Virus record (IMG/VR): IMGVR_UViG_3300005614_000005
Coordinates: 1-64,000 of that record
Source of the DNA: a virus
Taxonomy: Duplodnaviria; Caudoviricetes
Strand: one strand, 5' to 3'
Length of the DNA stretch: 64,000 nucleotides
Each line of letters begins with the position of its first letter. Positions within the stretch are counted from its first letter, which is position 1. The position numbers and the translations under genes were made by a program. The notes below the pieces were generated by a model. The model saw only the letters and a list, made by a program, of their open reading frames with translations, ran no database searches and was not told the DNA's origin. Shown here in pieces: positions 48,896 to 59,200 of the stretch.

Positions 48896-49408
48896 GTGCC
48901 CGAAGACGCCACCGCGCTGACCGCGGACCAGCGGGTCGCTGCCCTCCTAGACGCCCAGGGGTTCGAAGCTAAGGAGATCGTCAGGGCGACGGGCTTCCAC
49001 GCGAAGGTCGTCGCGAAGTGGCGGCGGGAAGACGCCTACAAGGAGGAGGTCGAGCGACTGCGCGAGCTCGGCATGACCGAGCTGCGCGACACGATCCGCA
49101 AGGTCACCCGCAGCCTGCTCGACGCGGCGGACCTCGCCGTCGCCGCGCTGACCAAGGCGCTCGCAGCAGAAAAGGACGACGGCAGCCCCGACTGGCACGT
49201 CATCCAGCGCGCGGCGGAGACGATCATGTCCGCGTCCAACCCGATCATCTCGCCGAAGCAGGTCAAGGGTGGGGGCGAGGGTGGCGGCAGCGCCGTGCCC
49301 TTCGCCAGCATCACGGTGAATTTGGGCGAGGCCGGGCAGGTGGTCGAGGACGTGACCGACGCGGACGTGGTTGATGAGGACGCGCAGCGGTACATCACGG
49401 CGGGCTAG
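48896..49408 (+). CDS. Putative terminase small subunit
   Basis: N-terminal HTH; directly upstream of the large terminase. Confidence 0.55.
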   Translation: MPEDATALTADQRVAALLDAQGFEAKEIVRATGFHAKVVAKWRREDAYKEEVERLRELGMTELRDTIRKVTRSLLDAADLAVAALTKALAAEKDDGSPDWHVIQRAAETIMSASNPIISPKQVKGGGEGGGSAVPFASITVNLGEAGQVVEDVTDADVVDEDAQRYITAG

Positions 49409-49411
49409 CTC

Positions 49412-50806
49412 GTGGCCGAGCTCACGATCCCGATTGACCCGAAGTACTTCAAGACGGTTCAGGCCGACAAGGAGAAGCTGAACACCGTCGTCAAGTGCGC
49501 CACCAGCTTCCGCGAGTTCCTGCGGTACTGGTACTTCGTCAACGGCGAGACCGGGCAGGTGCAGAAGCTCGGCGAGGACCTCTGGGAGGGTCAGGAGGCG
49601 TTCGTTCAGTGCATGGCTTCGCGCGACTTCATCTTCGCGCTCAAGGCCCGCAAGCTCGGGTTCACGACGCTGGGCTGCGCGTTCGACGCGTGGGTGATCC
49701 GCTTCCGTGACGTGAACGGCCGCGCGCACCTCTTCTCCCGCCGAGAGAAGGCCGCGCAGCAGCTCCTGAAGAACGTCGCCTTCGGGCTCAAGCGTCTGCC
49801 CGACTGGATGCAGCTCCCGATGAAGACGACCACGACGGAACTCGAGCTGTACGCCGGCCCGAACGACACCCGCCGCGCGGTCGCCTACCCCGCCGACGAG
49901 GACACCGCGGTTGAGGACACCGCCACGCACGGGCACGTGGACGAGTGGGCCCGCATGGGGAACCCCGAACGGGTGTGGCAGGCCATCGAGCCGTCGATGG
50001 CGAAGACCTGCCACATCATCACGACCGGCATGGGGCCAAACAACTACCCCGCGCAGTTCTGGCGGATGTCGATGGCGGGCGACACGAAGTGCGTCGCCTT
50101 CTTCGTGGGAGCCCTCACCCGGAAGGGGCGCGACGCGGAGTGGCTCGCGGAGAAGAAGAAGGGCATGACCGACACCGCCTTCCACCAGGAGTACGCGACC
50201 ACCTGGGAGGACGCGCTCTACGGCGGCGGCGAGTTCACGTTTGGCCGCGAACACCTCGACCTGTGCTGCCGGGGGATCGGGGCTGAGGTCGCGGAGTTCG
50301 GCCACTGGTACTCCGTCGCCTGGGACATCGGGCGCCACAAGGACGCGGCCGTCGGGACGGTCATCGACCTCGCCGCGAACCCACATCAAGTCGTGGACTA
50401 CGTGCGCCTACGCGGCGTGCCCTACCCGTTGACGCAGAAGCGCATCGAACTCCAGTGGGCAGAGTACGGCCAGCACCCGCGCTCGCGCCTGCAGGTGGAG
50501 AAGAACGGGCCAGGGGAGGCGGTTCTCGAGAACCTGGACCTCCCCGAGAAGGTGGTCGAGGACGCGAAGTTCGCCACAACCGTACCGTCGAAGGCGCGCA
50601 TCATCTCGAACCTCGAGATCGCGTTCCAAAAAGCATCGCTCCACTACAGCGCCATCACGTGGCCGCAGCTCGACTCCGAGCTGCGCGGCTACCAGGTGCC
50701 CGATGACAACGTGATCCAGGACTCGGTCATGTCCCTCGCCATCGGGTACGACGAGGTCCACGGCGCACCCCGCAAGGGCAAAGCGCACAAAATCGTTACG
50801 TGGTAG
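49412..50806 (+). CDS. terL: Terminase large subunit
   Basis: LKARKLGFTT (Walker A), HVDEWA (Walker B), AWDIG, VEKNG, QDSVMSLA. Confidence 0.88.
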   Translation: MAELTIPIDPKYFKTVQADKEKLNTVVKCATSFREFLRYWYFVNGETGQVQKLGEDLWEGQEAFVQCMASRDFIFALKARKLGFTTLGCAFDAWVIRFRDVNGRAHLFSRREKAAQQLLKNVAFGLKRLPDWMQLPMKTTTTELELYAGPNDTRRAVAYPADEDTAVEDTATHGHVDEWARMGNPERVWQAIEPSMAKTCHIITTGMGPNNYPAQFWRMSMAGDTKCVAFFVGALTRKGRDAEWLAEKKKGMTDTAFHQEYATTWEDALYGGGEFTFGREHLDLCCRGIGAEVAEFGHWYSVAWDIGRHKDAAVGTVIDLAANPHQVVDYVRLRGVPYPLTQKRIELQWAEYGQHPRSRLQVEKNGPGEAVLENLDLPEKVVEDAKFATTVPSKARIISNLEIAFQKASLHYSAITWPQLDSELRGYQVPDDNVIQDSVMSLAIGYDEVHGAPRKGKAHKIVTW

Positions 50807-50821
50807 TGGTACAGTGGACGG

Positions 50822-50998
50822 GTGGCCCGCCGCGCGCACGACATCCCGTACGACGCGTTTGAGGACGCGATCCGCCAGATGAAGGAGCGGTTTCCCGAGG
50901 CCGTACGGTTTCAGCCGAACTGGTACGGGCGACGGATCTACATCGAAGTGTTCTTCGCTGATGGACACGGGCGTGTCATCCCAGCCCACGAGGAATGA
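50822..50998 (+). CDS. Small hypothetical protein (leaderless)
   Basis: TACAGT ends 6 nt before the GTG; 58 aa. Confidence 0.5.
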   Translation: MARRAHDIPYDAFEDAIRQMKERFPEAVRFQPNWYGRRIYIEVFFADGHGRVIPAHEE

Positions 50999-51013
50999 AG
51001 TAGAATCACTCTG

Positions 51014-51946
51014 ATGCGCATTTCTTCGCCCCAGTCCCGGCTAGCCAAGCGGCTCGCCGCTGAGGAGGCTGAGGACGCCATCGAGAAGAGCGGTCTACCC
51101 AAGGCCGACCCCGACACGCCGTGGGACGGCGCCGACGCGCGGAAGAAGATGCTCGCCGCCGTGGGCGGCAACCTCGACGACGCAGCGAAACAGAAAGCTT
51201 ACGCCCGCGGCTTCATGGCCGTGAGTGGGGACCCGAAAAATCTCGGGTCGTACAAACTGCCGTTCGCCACGATCATCGACGGCAAGCTGACCGCCGTGCC
51301 CAAGGGCGAAGCCGCCGCGCGCGGTGCCCTCAAAGGCGCACGAGGTGGCGTCGACCTACCCGCCGGCCAGCGCAGCGCCGCCGAGAAACAGGCCGGGGTC
51401 AAGAAGACGCTGGAGGAGCGACTCGAGAACGTGGAGGCCGAGCTCACGAAGATGCGCACGCTCGCAGCCTCGGACCCCGAGGTCGCGGGTGAGGACGAGG
51501 TGCCCGCCGCCATCGCCTTCACGAAGTCCGACGAGGAGCAGCGCTACACGTTCGGACCGTTGTACACGCCGATGGAGAAGGACGCGCACGACGAGTTCGC
51601 CACCGCGCCCACCCTCCAGAAGTCGATCTGGAACTTCGCGCGGGCCGGCGACCGCCGGATCCGCAAGCAGCACGACCCCGACAACGTGATCGGCGAGGTG
51701 GTCGAGCAGGTCGTCTGGCCGTACCCGGTCGAGGTCGAGCTGACCGTTCCGGGGCAGGGCGTCCGAAAGGCTTGCCTCCCAGCTAACACCGCGTTTATGG
51801 GTGTCGTCTGGAGCGACGAGGCGTGGCCCCTCGTGAAGAGCGGGGCTATCTCCGGTTACAGCATGGGAGGGCGTGCCGTCAGAGTGCGCACAGACGACAT
51901 TCTCGCGCCCATGAACAAGTCCGAAGGGGTTTCCCCCAGCGAGTAG
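51014..51946 (+). CDS. XkdF-like prohead protease with N-terminal accessory domain
   Basis: EQRYTFGPLYTP..DAH, QH, W..VKSG.ISGYSMGG; N-terminal WD..YKLP..DGKL..VP..GARGGV. Confidence 0.8.
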   Translation: MRISSPQSRLAKRLAAEEAEDAIEKSGLPKADPDTPWDGADARKKMLAAVGGNLDDAAKQKAYARGFMAVSGDPKNLGSYKLPFATIIDGKLTAVPKGEAAARGALKGARGGVDLPAGQRSAAEKQAGVKKTLEERLENVEAELTKMRTLAASDPEVAGEDEVPAAIAFTKSDEEQRYTFGPLYTPMEKDAHDEFATAPTLQKSIWNFARAGDRRIRKQHDPDNVIGEVVEQVVWPYPVEVELTVPGQGVRKACLPANTAFMGVVWSDEAWPLVKSGAISGYSMGGRAVRVRTDDILAPMNKSEGVSPSE

Positions 51947-51994
51947 CTCGGAGTGTCTGAGAAGCGCCGAGAATGGCGCTCATCTGATGGACTC

Positions 51995-52702
51995 CTAGTT
52001 TTCTTTCTTGCAGTTGGCCGCGACCGGCCCAACCTGCACGCAGGGCGTCTTGACGGCGGGAGTTTCGACCGTGATGGGCGGTACTTCGACGGACGGTGTC
52101 GTAATGGACGGTTCTTCGACCTTCGGCGGAGGTGTCGGCACCGGAGCTTTGGCTTTGCCGTGACCGCGGAGCGGTTCGGCGGGTGCGGGCGTGGGTACAG
52201 GCACCGTCACGGTCACACTCGGTGGAGCTTCACGCGGCGGTGACGGCGTAGGTGTCTGACGCGGCGCTGGACGGCGGCCCCCGCCCACACCCCGACCTGC
52301 GTGCGGCGGATGGCTACGACCTTCGGCGGGAGGTGTGCTGCCCGCCAGCCTGACGAGTTCACGTTCGACCGCGGGCGTCAACCGAGTGATGCGCCCGTGT
52401 CCGTGGGAGTGTTCGAGCGCGAACCGCACCGCTGGGACGCAGTTCTTCGCGGATGGGATCGACAGGACGACCCGCAACGCGCCAGCGAGGACGGCCGCCT
52501 CACGTGGGTTGGTCCGTCGGAGCCGTGCTTGCTGCTCGTACCCCGACGCTAGGTCGTAGAGCTTGAGCTTGCAGTTGTCTTCGCTGTGCTGGACGATCTG
52601 CTGGTGGTTTGACGCCGTCTGACCTTCGAGCTTGGCGAACGTGTAACCGCCGAGCAGCGCGAGGATCGCAACTGCGAAGATGATGAAGGTCCTGAACCTC
52701 AA
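51995..52702 (-). CDS. Membrane-anchored Pro-rich protein (lysis or spanin region)
   Basis: N-terminal TM; Pro-rich C-terminus. Confidence 0.55.
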   Translation of the reverse strand: MRFRTFIIFAVAILALLGGYTFAKLEGQTASNHQQIVQHSEDNCKLKLYDLASGYEQQARLRRTNPREAAVLAGALRVVLSIPSAKNCVPAVRFALEHSHGHGRITRLTPAVERELVRLAGSTPPAEGRSHPPHAGRGVGGGRRPAPRQTPTPSPPREAPPSVTVTVPVPTPAPAEPLRGHGKAKAPVPTPPPKVEEPSITTPSVEVPPITVETPAVKTPCVQVGPVAANCKKEN

Positions 52703-53016
52703 CAGGTGGCCTTAGCTACGGCTTCAAGCTTGCGCTGATTACGCTGTTCACGTGCGGTGTTCTCCGCAGAGAGCTTCACCAGTTCGGCGTGGCTCAGCCC
52801 GGGAAAGTCGATGCGGGGGAGGATCACCTTGTTAGCTTGAACGTTGTGCGCGACGGTGTCGGCGCCGATCGCTGCCACGACGGAGATGACCTGACAGGTG
52901 TGTCCGCTTCGTTCTTCGCTCTTCGTCCACGCGATACCGCTGAGACCCATCGACACGACGAGCGCGAAGATGAGGAAGAGTCGGAACCTCGTCTGGTGGT
53001 GAACGGGGTAGGGCAT
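52699..53016 (-). CDS. Membrane protein
   Basis: Single TM; overlap-coupled to its neighbour. Confidence 0.55.
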   Translation of the reverse strand: MPYPVHHQTRFRLFLIFALVVSMGLSGIAWTKSEERSGHTCQVISVVAAIGADTVAHNVQANKVILPRIDFPGLSHAELVKLSAENTAREQRNQRKLEAVAKATC

Positions 53017-53029
53017 CAGTGCACCGCTG

Positions 53030-53365
53030 CTAGTGCTTCGGCGGCGAGTGCCCCGAACGCGCAGATGACGGTGAGCCCGACGAGGTTGGGCCATCGGTGT
53101 CCGAGTGTGTGTCTGACTCCTCTTCCTCTAGCTCCTTCTCGGGAACTGCGACCCCGAGCATGAACATCACGAACCGCGCGAACGTCCCGTACTCGCCCGG
53201 TTTGCTGTCGCCCCGCAGGGCGGGTACCGACCCGAAGAGGAAGAGCACCAAGAAGATGAGGATCGCTTGCGCCTCCCTTGCGATGACGACCTGATCGTAC
53301 AGGATAGCCAGCGCCAGCCCGATCAAGAAGGCGTCCCGGAGGAGCGGCCGCCACCGTCGCCTCAT
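53030..53365 (-). CDS. Holin-like membrane protein
   Basis: Two to three TM segments and a charged C-terminus, downstream of tail genes. Confidence 0.5.
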   Translation of the reverse strand: MRRRWRPLLRDAFLIGLALAILYDQVVIAREAQAILIFLVLFLFGSVPALRGDSKPGEYGTFARFVMFMLGVAVPEKELEEEESDTHSDTDGPTSSGSPSSARSGHSPPKH

Positions 53366-53408
53366 TCATCATGCCGCTTCGGAATCTTCGACGTCATACG
53401 GTGATAGC

Positions 53409-55808
53409 TTACCCGATACCAAGGGGCGCGATCACGACCTGCAGTCGGTTGAGCAGCCATTCGAGGCGGTTCGGCGGGGCGTCCAGCGCCGCGGTCAACG
53501 TGAGACTTTCGTGGTCGTAGCTCGTGCTGAGCACGTAGTGCGGGGTAGGATTCGACGCGTCGGTGAAGACGATGGTGTCGCCCCCACGGATCATCCACGA
53601 CGGCCATTCGTTGCCGTTACTGTCGGTCGCCCAACCCGTCACCGTCGCGGTGCCGGCGGTGGGCCGGTTGTTGTTCACTTCGAGGAAGATCTTGCCCGTT
53701 TCAACCGCGCCCACCGAGGTCGTCACGCTACTCATCTGCAGGAGCGCCCACCGCTTCCGCCCGAACGCGTTGCAGGGGTTCGAGCTCGACAGGTCTTGCA
53801 GCGCCGTGGAGGTGACCGGCGCGCCCGAGCCGGGTGGCCCCACCGTCTGCTGGACGCCCGCCACGTCGGTGTACTGCACGATCACGCCGTTGAACGCGGT
53901 CTCGATCTTGTTGCCCTGGTCCGTCGGGGTGACGCCGTCCTTCACCCGGAGGTTCCACTGCCGTCCCGTACCGGGTGGGCGCCAGAAGAAGTTGCGGTTC
54001 TCGTAGACCCCCGAGTCAAAGAAGTAGTACGTGTTCACTTCCGCCACCGCCGCGTCCGCGGTCGTCGGCGTCGCGAACGCCATCTGAGGGATGATGAAGG
54101 AGTCTTGCCAGATGCCGTTTGCGGTGAGCTTCGGCGCGGCGCGTTTGATGATATCTTCGATGATCTGGTGGCCGTGGAACCCGCCGGGTTCCGTGCCCTG
54201 CCGCGTGAGGCCGTGCGGCCCGTAGACCGCCACGTTCTCGGCGCGCCCGATGTACGTTTTGCCGCTGCCCGTCAGGCCGCCCGCTTCGAAGTTCTGCGCC
54301 CAGTAGAGGAACTGGATGTAGCGGCGTGCCACCCCGGGCGTCCAGAGCGCGGCGCCCGACGCACCGGCCATGTGAATTTCTTCGCCCGTCGCTCCGCTGT
54401 CCGTCGCGTTTGACCGCGTCTCGAAGTTCCAGCCACCCGCCGACCCGTCAGCGACGGTGGCGGTCCACGAACGGTAGATCGACCCGACGAGGTTGCCGGC
54501 ACCGGCGTCGTATTCGGCGAGCGCGAGGGGACGGTTGCCCGCCGCGTTCGTGTCGCTGATCTGAAGCATGAGCGACGGCAGACCGTTGGCGGTGTCGGGT
54601 GCGGAGGAGAACCCTTCGGGCTTGTACCCGCCGTTGATGAGCGTGATCTTGTAGGACGCGCTTTCCGAGTGCCATTTCGTCAAGTCCCGGTCGACGTAGA
54701 TCATCTGGAAGCTGTTGTCGTCCTTCATGGACGCGGACCACCCGACGACCTGCGGCGAGATCGTGTAGCTGGTCGAGCGGTCACTCGGGGTGGAGGAGAG
54801 GTAGCCGTCGAAGGCGGTGACCCAGCCCCCGCCACCGTAGAGCCGCACGGGGGCGAACATCTGCAGGTCGCTGTAGCTCAGGTCGGGTCGCCGGTTGAGC
54901 GAGCAGTTCAGCGTCCCGAACCCGCCCGGGATCTGCGTGGTGAAGTTGAGGCCCATCGGCACGTTTTCGGCTTCGGCCTCGTCGGCGCCCCAACGGTGCA
55001 CCGCGCCCGTCGACCCCGTGATCGCGAGGGCCAGCTTGCGAGGATCCACACGCGAGCGGACGGTGACCGTGGGCGAGGGCCGTTCGACCTTGACGGAGGT
55101 CGTGAAGATGTTGCTGACACTCATGCCAGAGGCGCCACTGAACGCCGGCGAGACTAGGTGGGGCGCGTGCAGTAGGCCGCTGCCGCCCGACGTCCCCGAG
55201 AACGAGGCTGTGAAGTTGCGGGTACCTTCGACGCCGGCTGCGAATTCCGTGAAGTTCGGATCGGAGCCGGAGCCGTCGAGCCCGACGTTGCCTTTCGTGA
55301 ATTCAGCGTTGACAACTTCGGTGAGTTTCGTCCAGGCGCCGGTACCTTTCGCCTGCCGCCAGGCGCTCAGCGTGGTGCCGATCTTCTGGAACCCGAAGCG
55401 GTCGCCCGCTTCGAGCGTGAACCCCGCGGATTCGATGAGCAGCGTTTCGACTCCGCCCACGACCTTGAAGATCTTCACCTTGCCTTCGGTCACCGTCGTC
55501 TGGTCGATGAACTGCGCGCGGTACCCATTGTGGGTCGCGTTCGCGAAGCACATCCAGAGGCTCCAGAACCGTTCCGAGATGTCGCCGCCGAGCGACCGAA
55601 CGAATGAGACGGCCTGGTTGCCGGTGAATTCTTTGAGGCTCCAGAAGGAGCCCGAGGTAGTACCGAAGCTCGAGAAGCTGGCGCCGCTTTCCGAGTCTGA
55701 GCAGGCCGTGCCTGCGAAGGTCATCTTCGCCCAGTTACCTTTTTCCAACCACGTCGTTTCGGCGTGTTTGAGGTTATCGAGTAGCGGGACTTCTTCTACG
55801 AGCGCCAC
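53409..55808 (-). CDS. Tail protein (N-terminal lectin-like domain plus hub-like region)
   Basis: PGGFGTLNC motif; beta-rich; position in the tail operon. Confidence 0.7.
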   Translation of the reverse strand: MALVEEVPLLDNLKHAETTWLEKGNWAKMTFAGTACSDSESGASFSSFGTTSGSFWSLKEFTGNQAVSFVRSLGGDISERFWSLWMCFANATHNGYRAQFIDQTTVTEGKVKIFKVVGGVETLLIESAGFTLEAGDRFGFQKIGTTLSAWRQAKGTGAWTKLTEVVNAEFTKGNVGLDGSGSDPNFTEFAAGVEGTRNFTASFSGTSGGSGLLHAPHLVSPAFSGASGMSVSNIFTTSVKVERPSPTVTVRSRVDPRKLALAITGSTGAVHRWGADEAEAENVPMGLNFTTQIPGGFGTLNCSLNRRPDLSYSDLQMFAPVRLYGGGGWVTAFDGYLSSTPSDRSTSYTISPQVVGWSASMKDDNSFQMIYVDRDLTKWHSESASYKITLINGGYKPEGFSSAPDTANGLPSLMLQISDTNAAGNRPLALAEYDAGAGNLVGSIYRSWTATVADGSAGGWNFETRSNATDSGATGEEIHMAGASGAALWTPGVARRYIQFLYWAQNFEAGGLTGSGKTYIGRAENVAVYGPHGLTRQGTEPGGFHGHQIIEDIIKRAAPKLTANGIWQDSFIIPQMAFATPTTADAAVAEVNTYYFFDSGVYENRNFFWRPPGTGRQWNLRVKDGVTPTDQGNKIETAFNGVIVQYTDVAGVQQTVGPPGSGAPVTSTALQDLSSSNPCNAFGRKRWALLQMSSVTTSVGAVETGKIFLEVNNNRPTAGTATVTGWATDSNGNEWPSWMIRGGDTIVFTDASNPTPHYVLSTSYDHESLTLTAALDAPPNRLEWLLNRLQVVIAPLGIG

Positions 55809-55822
55809 GGCTCAGCTCCAGA

Positions 55823-56233
55823 CTAGGTGAAGTTGATTTCGAGCGCTTCGACGGCGCATTCCGCCGGAGTGCTCACCGTGCTGATGCTGAAAGACGTCAC
55901 CGCCGTCCAGAGGAGCATGTTGCCCAGGGTCAGCGCGTCGCAGAGCGCCACCGCTACGATCGTCGAGCTGCCCGCCGTGCAGGCTGCGAATTTGACGATC
56001 GCGGAGTTCTTGATGGTGGAGGGTGCACCTTCCACCGCCGCGTTCCACGAGGCCGCTGGAACTTCCACGCGGGCGTAGCCGGTGTAGGTGGCCTCGCTGA
56101 TCGTGCTGCCCGTGCTGGCACTTGTCGGGACGACGGTGCAAAGCGCCAGGAAGGCTTTCGGCGAGGTGAATGCTTTCTTGTTGGTGACGTGTTCGAGCAG
56201 GTTCTTCTCGAGGTAGCGACTCATGCTAGCCAT
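55823..56233 (-). CDS. Tail-associated protein
   Basis: YLE..LL, ALCT..P, E..YTGYARV, DALTLGNML. Confidence 0.7.
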   Translation of the reverse strand: MASMSRYLEKNLLEHVTNKKAFTSPKAFLALCTVVPTSASTGSTISEATYTGYARVEVPAASWNAAVEGAPSTIKNSAIVKFAACTAGSSTIVAVALCDALTLGNMLLWTAVTSFSISTVSTPAECAVEALEINFT

Positions 56234-56242
56234 CGCGGTCTC

Positions 56243-59200
56243 CTAGGTTTCGGGGATGTTCGCCCACCGCGGGGTCACGCTGAGCTGCATTCGGATCTCG
56301 TCGTGGGTGCCCGCATCGGGCTGGGTCGTGGGATCGTTCCGACACATCTTCATCACGATGCGAGAAGCTTGTCGTGCTTTCGTGAGGACGGGCACGCGCA
56401 GGTAGTCGCCTTCGTACCGTGAGACGGGCTGCACTTCGACGGAGCTTGCGCGCGACACCCGGTTGCTCGCGAGCTCGAGCGAGCTGCCCCCGAGGATCGC
56501 GGCGTCAGACGCAAACGGCCCCACCCACCAGTTCTGGTAGCTGCGCGGTTTCGTGGACGAGCAGCTCTCCAAGATGCCGGGCACGCCCGAGCGTTCCGAC
56601 GTGACGAGCCCCTTGCAGACGACGCTCTGCCCTTGGTAGCCCGAGAGGGTGGGCCACGCCCACAGGTACGCCCGCTTGCCGGAGTCGATGATTGCACGCA
56701 CGGTGCAAAGTTCGTTCATCGGCGACGCCACGCCGGCCACGCCGCTTTTCTGCGCGGCAAGCACCGTTTCTTTCAGCGCGGTGTGCTGGATGATTTCCCA
56801 CTGTTCGGTCGTGGAGTTGTACACGAATCCGATCCAGTTTTCTTCCGAGGTCCAGTCGAACATGACCCCCATCTTGATGCCGGTACCGGCGGGCGAGAAG
56901 ATCCCGATGTCGCACTGGACGATCCCCAGTTTTTCGAGGTACGTGCTGACCATCTTGCCGAACCGGTATTTACCGGCATCGGTGCCCACCGCCCTGACGA
57001 GGTTCGCTTCTTCACCTGACTTGCTAACTTCGAAGTCGGTCGTGGCGCCTGAGGTTTCCCATTTCCCGCCGGGGATCACGTTCTGCCCGTTGATGGAGGG
57101 CACGAGCCCGTTCAGCAGCGCTTTGTTGGTGTCCTGGTGGAAGTCCTCGAAGGTGTACACGTTCACGTCGGGGGAGAGTGCGACGATTCCTTCTGCCCGG
57201 CCCCCGCCCTCAGACACCGGAATCGCGATGCCGGCGCCGTCGAAGTAAACGACGTCGTGGCCCGCGAGCGTGTTCGGGCCCGCCGCGGTGTACGTACCCC
57301 CGGCGAGGAGGGTGATCGTGCCGTGTCCACTCGCGGCGTGGCCGCCCCAGCCGGGCACCTTTTCCGGGATCGTGACCTGGCCGAGGTTGAGCAGGTAGTA
57401 GTCGCCGCGTCCCGGCAGCTGGACCGCTTCGTTGCTGGTGTGGGCTCGGCCGTCACCCGGTCCCCAGTCGATGTTGATCGTCGCCTTCGCGTGGTTGGTG
57501 GTGGGTTCAAACGCGCGGATGAAGATCTGGTACGTGCCGGGCGGCAGCGTGCCAGCGCCGATTGCGACGGGCTTCTCCGTGATCTTGACTTCGTTCACGT
57601 AGTTGAAGCGCTGTTTCGCGCCGCTCGCGCCGGTCGGCGGTGAGAAGTTCAGTTCGACGAAGCGGCTCGTGCTTCCGTCAGCCAGCGCTCCGAACAGTTC
57701 GGTCTGGAGCAAGCCTTTCCCGCCGAGCCAGAGTGACCTGAAAAGCCATTCTTGTGGCACTTCGACCAGTTGCTGGCCCCAGGACCACCACCACTGGCTG
57801 TTGCCGGTTTCCTCGGTCACGACCACGCGGCCGAGCGCGGGCGCCGTGCCGGGTACCCCTGTGATGAACGCTTCGACCGCGCCGAGTTCTTCACGTCCCT
57901 GAAAGACGTACGGCGAGACCTTGAATCGTTGCATCGTGAAGGTGCTGGACCCGTTTGCGTTGAGCGACCACCCGCAGAGCGTGGGCATGAAGACGTTCCA
58001 GTTGAGGACGCCCGCTTCTTCGGAGTACGCCGCCGCGGTCGGGTTTTCTTTCCACGCGTTTTCTTCCTGCCAGGCGGGGAAGTAGACGAGCAGGAGCGCG
58101 TTGTTCTCACTCACGAAACGGAGGGTGAACTTCTGCCCGACGGTGACGCGCGCTGCGAGGTTGGTTTCCCTGATTTTCTGGCGCACGCCTTCGATCACCG
58201 CGTCGATCTTGAGCGTGGAGTTCGTGCCGTTGTCGGTGAGGTAGCCCTCGATGTAGTTGCTTTCGTTCTGCCACGCGAGGATGCACCCGTACTTGGTGCC
58301 GCTGACCACGGACCCGACTTCCCACTGGGTCTCGACCTCGGCGGCGAAGTACGGGTAGCGGCTGGCCTTGTAGACCGCGACGTGTTCTTCACCGGTTTTC
58401 GCCGTGACCCTGAGGTGATTCGTGAACGCGAAGTCGGTGAACAACCCCTTCTGCATGAAGTAGTCCTGGGGCCGCCCGAAGGTCAGTTCGTCCACGTGTG
58501 GGGCGAACTCCGGCGAGCGGCCGTACGGCTGCGAGGTGAACCGGATCGTGCCAGCTGCCACTCCCCCAGCCGCGAACTGCTGCTCGTCCCAGGTGAGTTG
58601 GGCGTTGAGTAGGTCGAAGGTGATCTGGTGGCCGCCGACGAGTGTGCGCCGTAGGGTGCCGGAGTGGTTGCGGCTAACCGCAGCCACCGTTCGCTCGATG
58701 TCGGCCATGATCGCGTCGCGGCGCGGGCCGCCCGGGCCGGGGCGGAACGAGGATGAGACGTTCGGCGGACCTTCCCAGTGACAGCCAGGCCACGTCCCGT
58801 CGAAGTACTCAGCAAGTTCGGGGAGCTGCACGAGCGCGGCGCCCGTCGTGAACCACGACTGCGTCGTGGCGTTGGAGTTATACGAGATCACCGCGCCGCG
58901 CGGTCCGGTGCCCCAGTTGCGGCTAACGGTGTACCAACGCCAGGTCGTGGAGAGCGTTTCCAGCACCTTCGCACCCTTCCAACTGAACGACCTGCCCGGC
59001 GCTTCGAGCCATTCATACGCGGACCCGCCGTCCACGAGCGACTCACTCTGACCCCGCACGCCAGACCACTGGTTGCCCGTGATGTCGCCGTCAGCGTATT
59101 CAGGCGGAGTCGCCGGTTCACCGGCGGTGACCTGCGCTGCGTCCATGAACATCGTCACCGCGGCAGCGGTCGCGGTGCGGACGCCACAGTAGCAGACTTT

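Noticed and set aside
13881-50389. Long antisense ORFs (e.g. 13881-15218, 19974-21167, 47497-48651, 48947-50389)
   Set aside because: They are shadow frames of well-supported plus-strand genes, expected at high GC.
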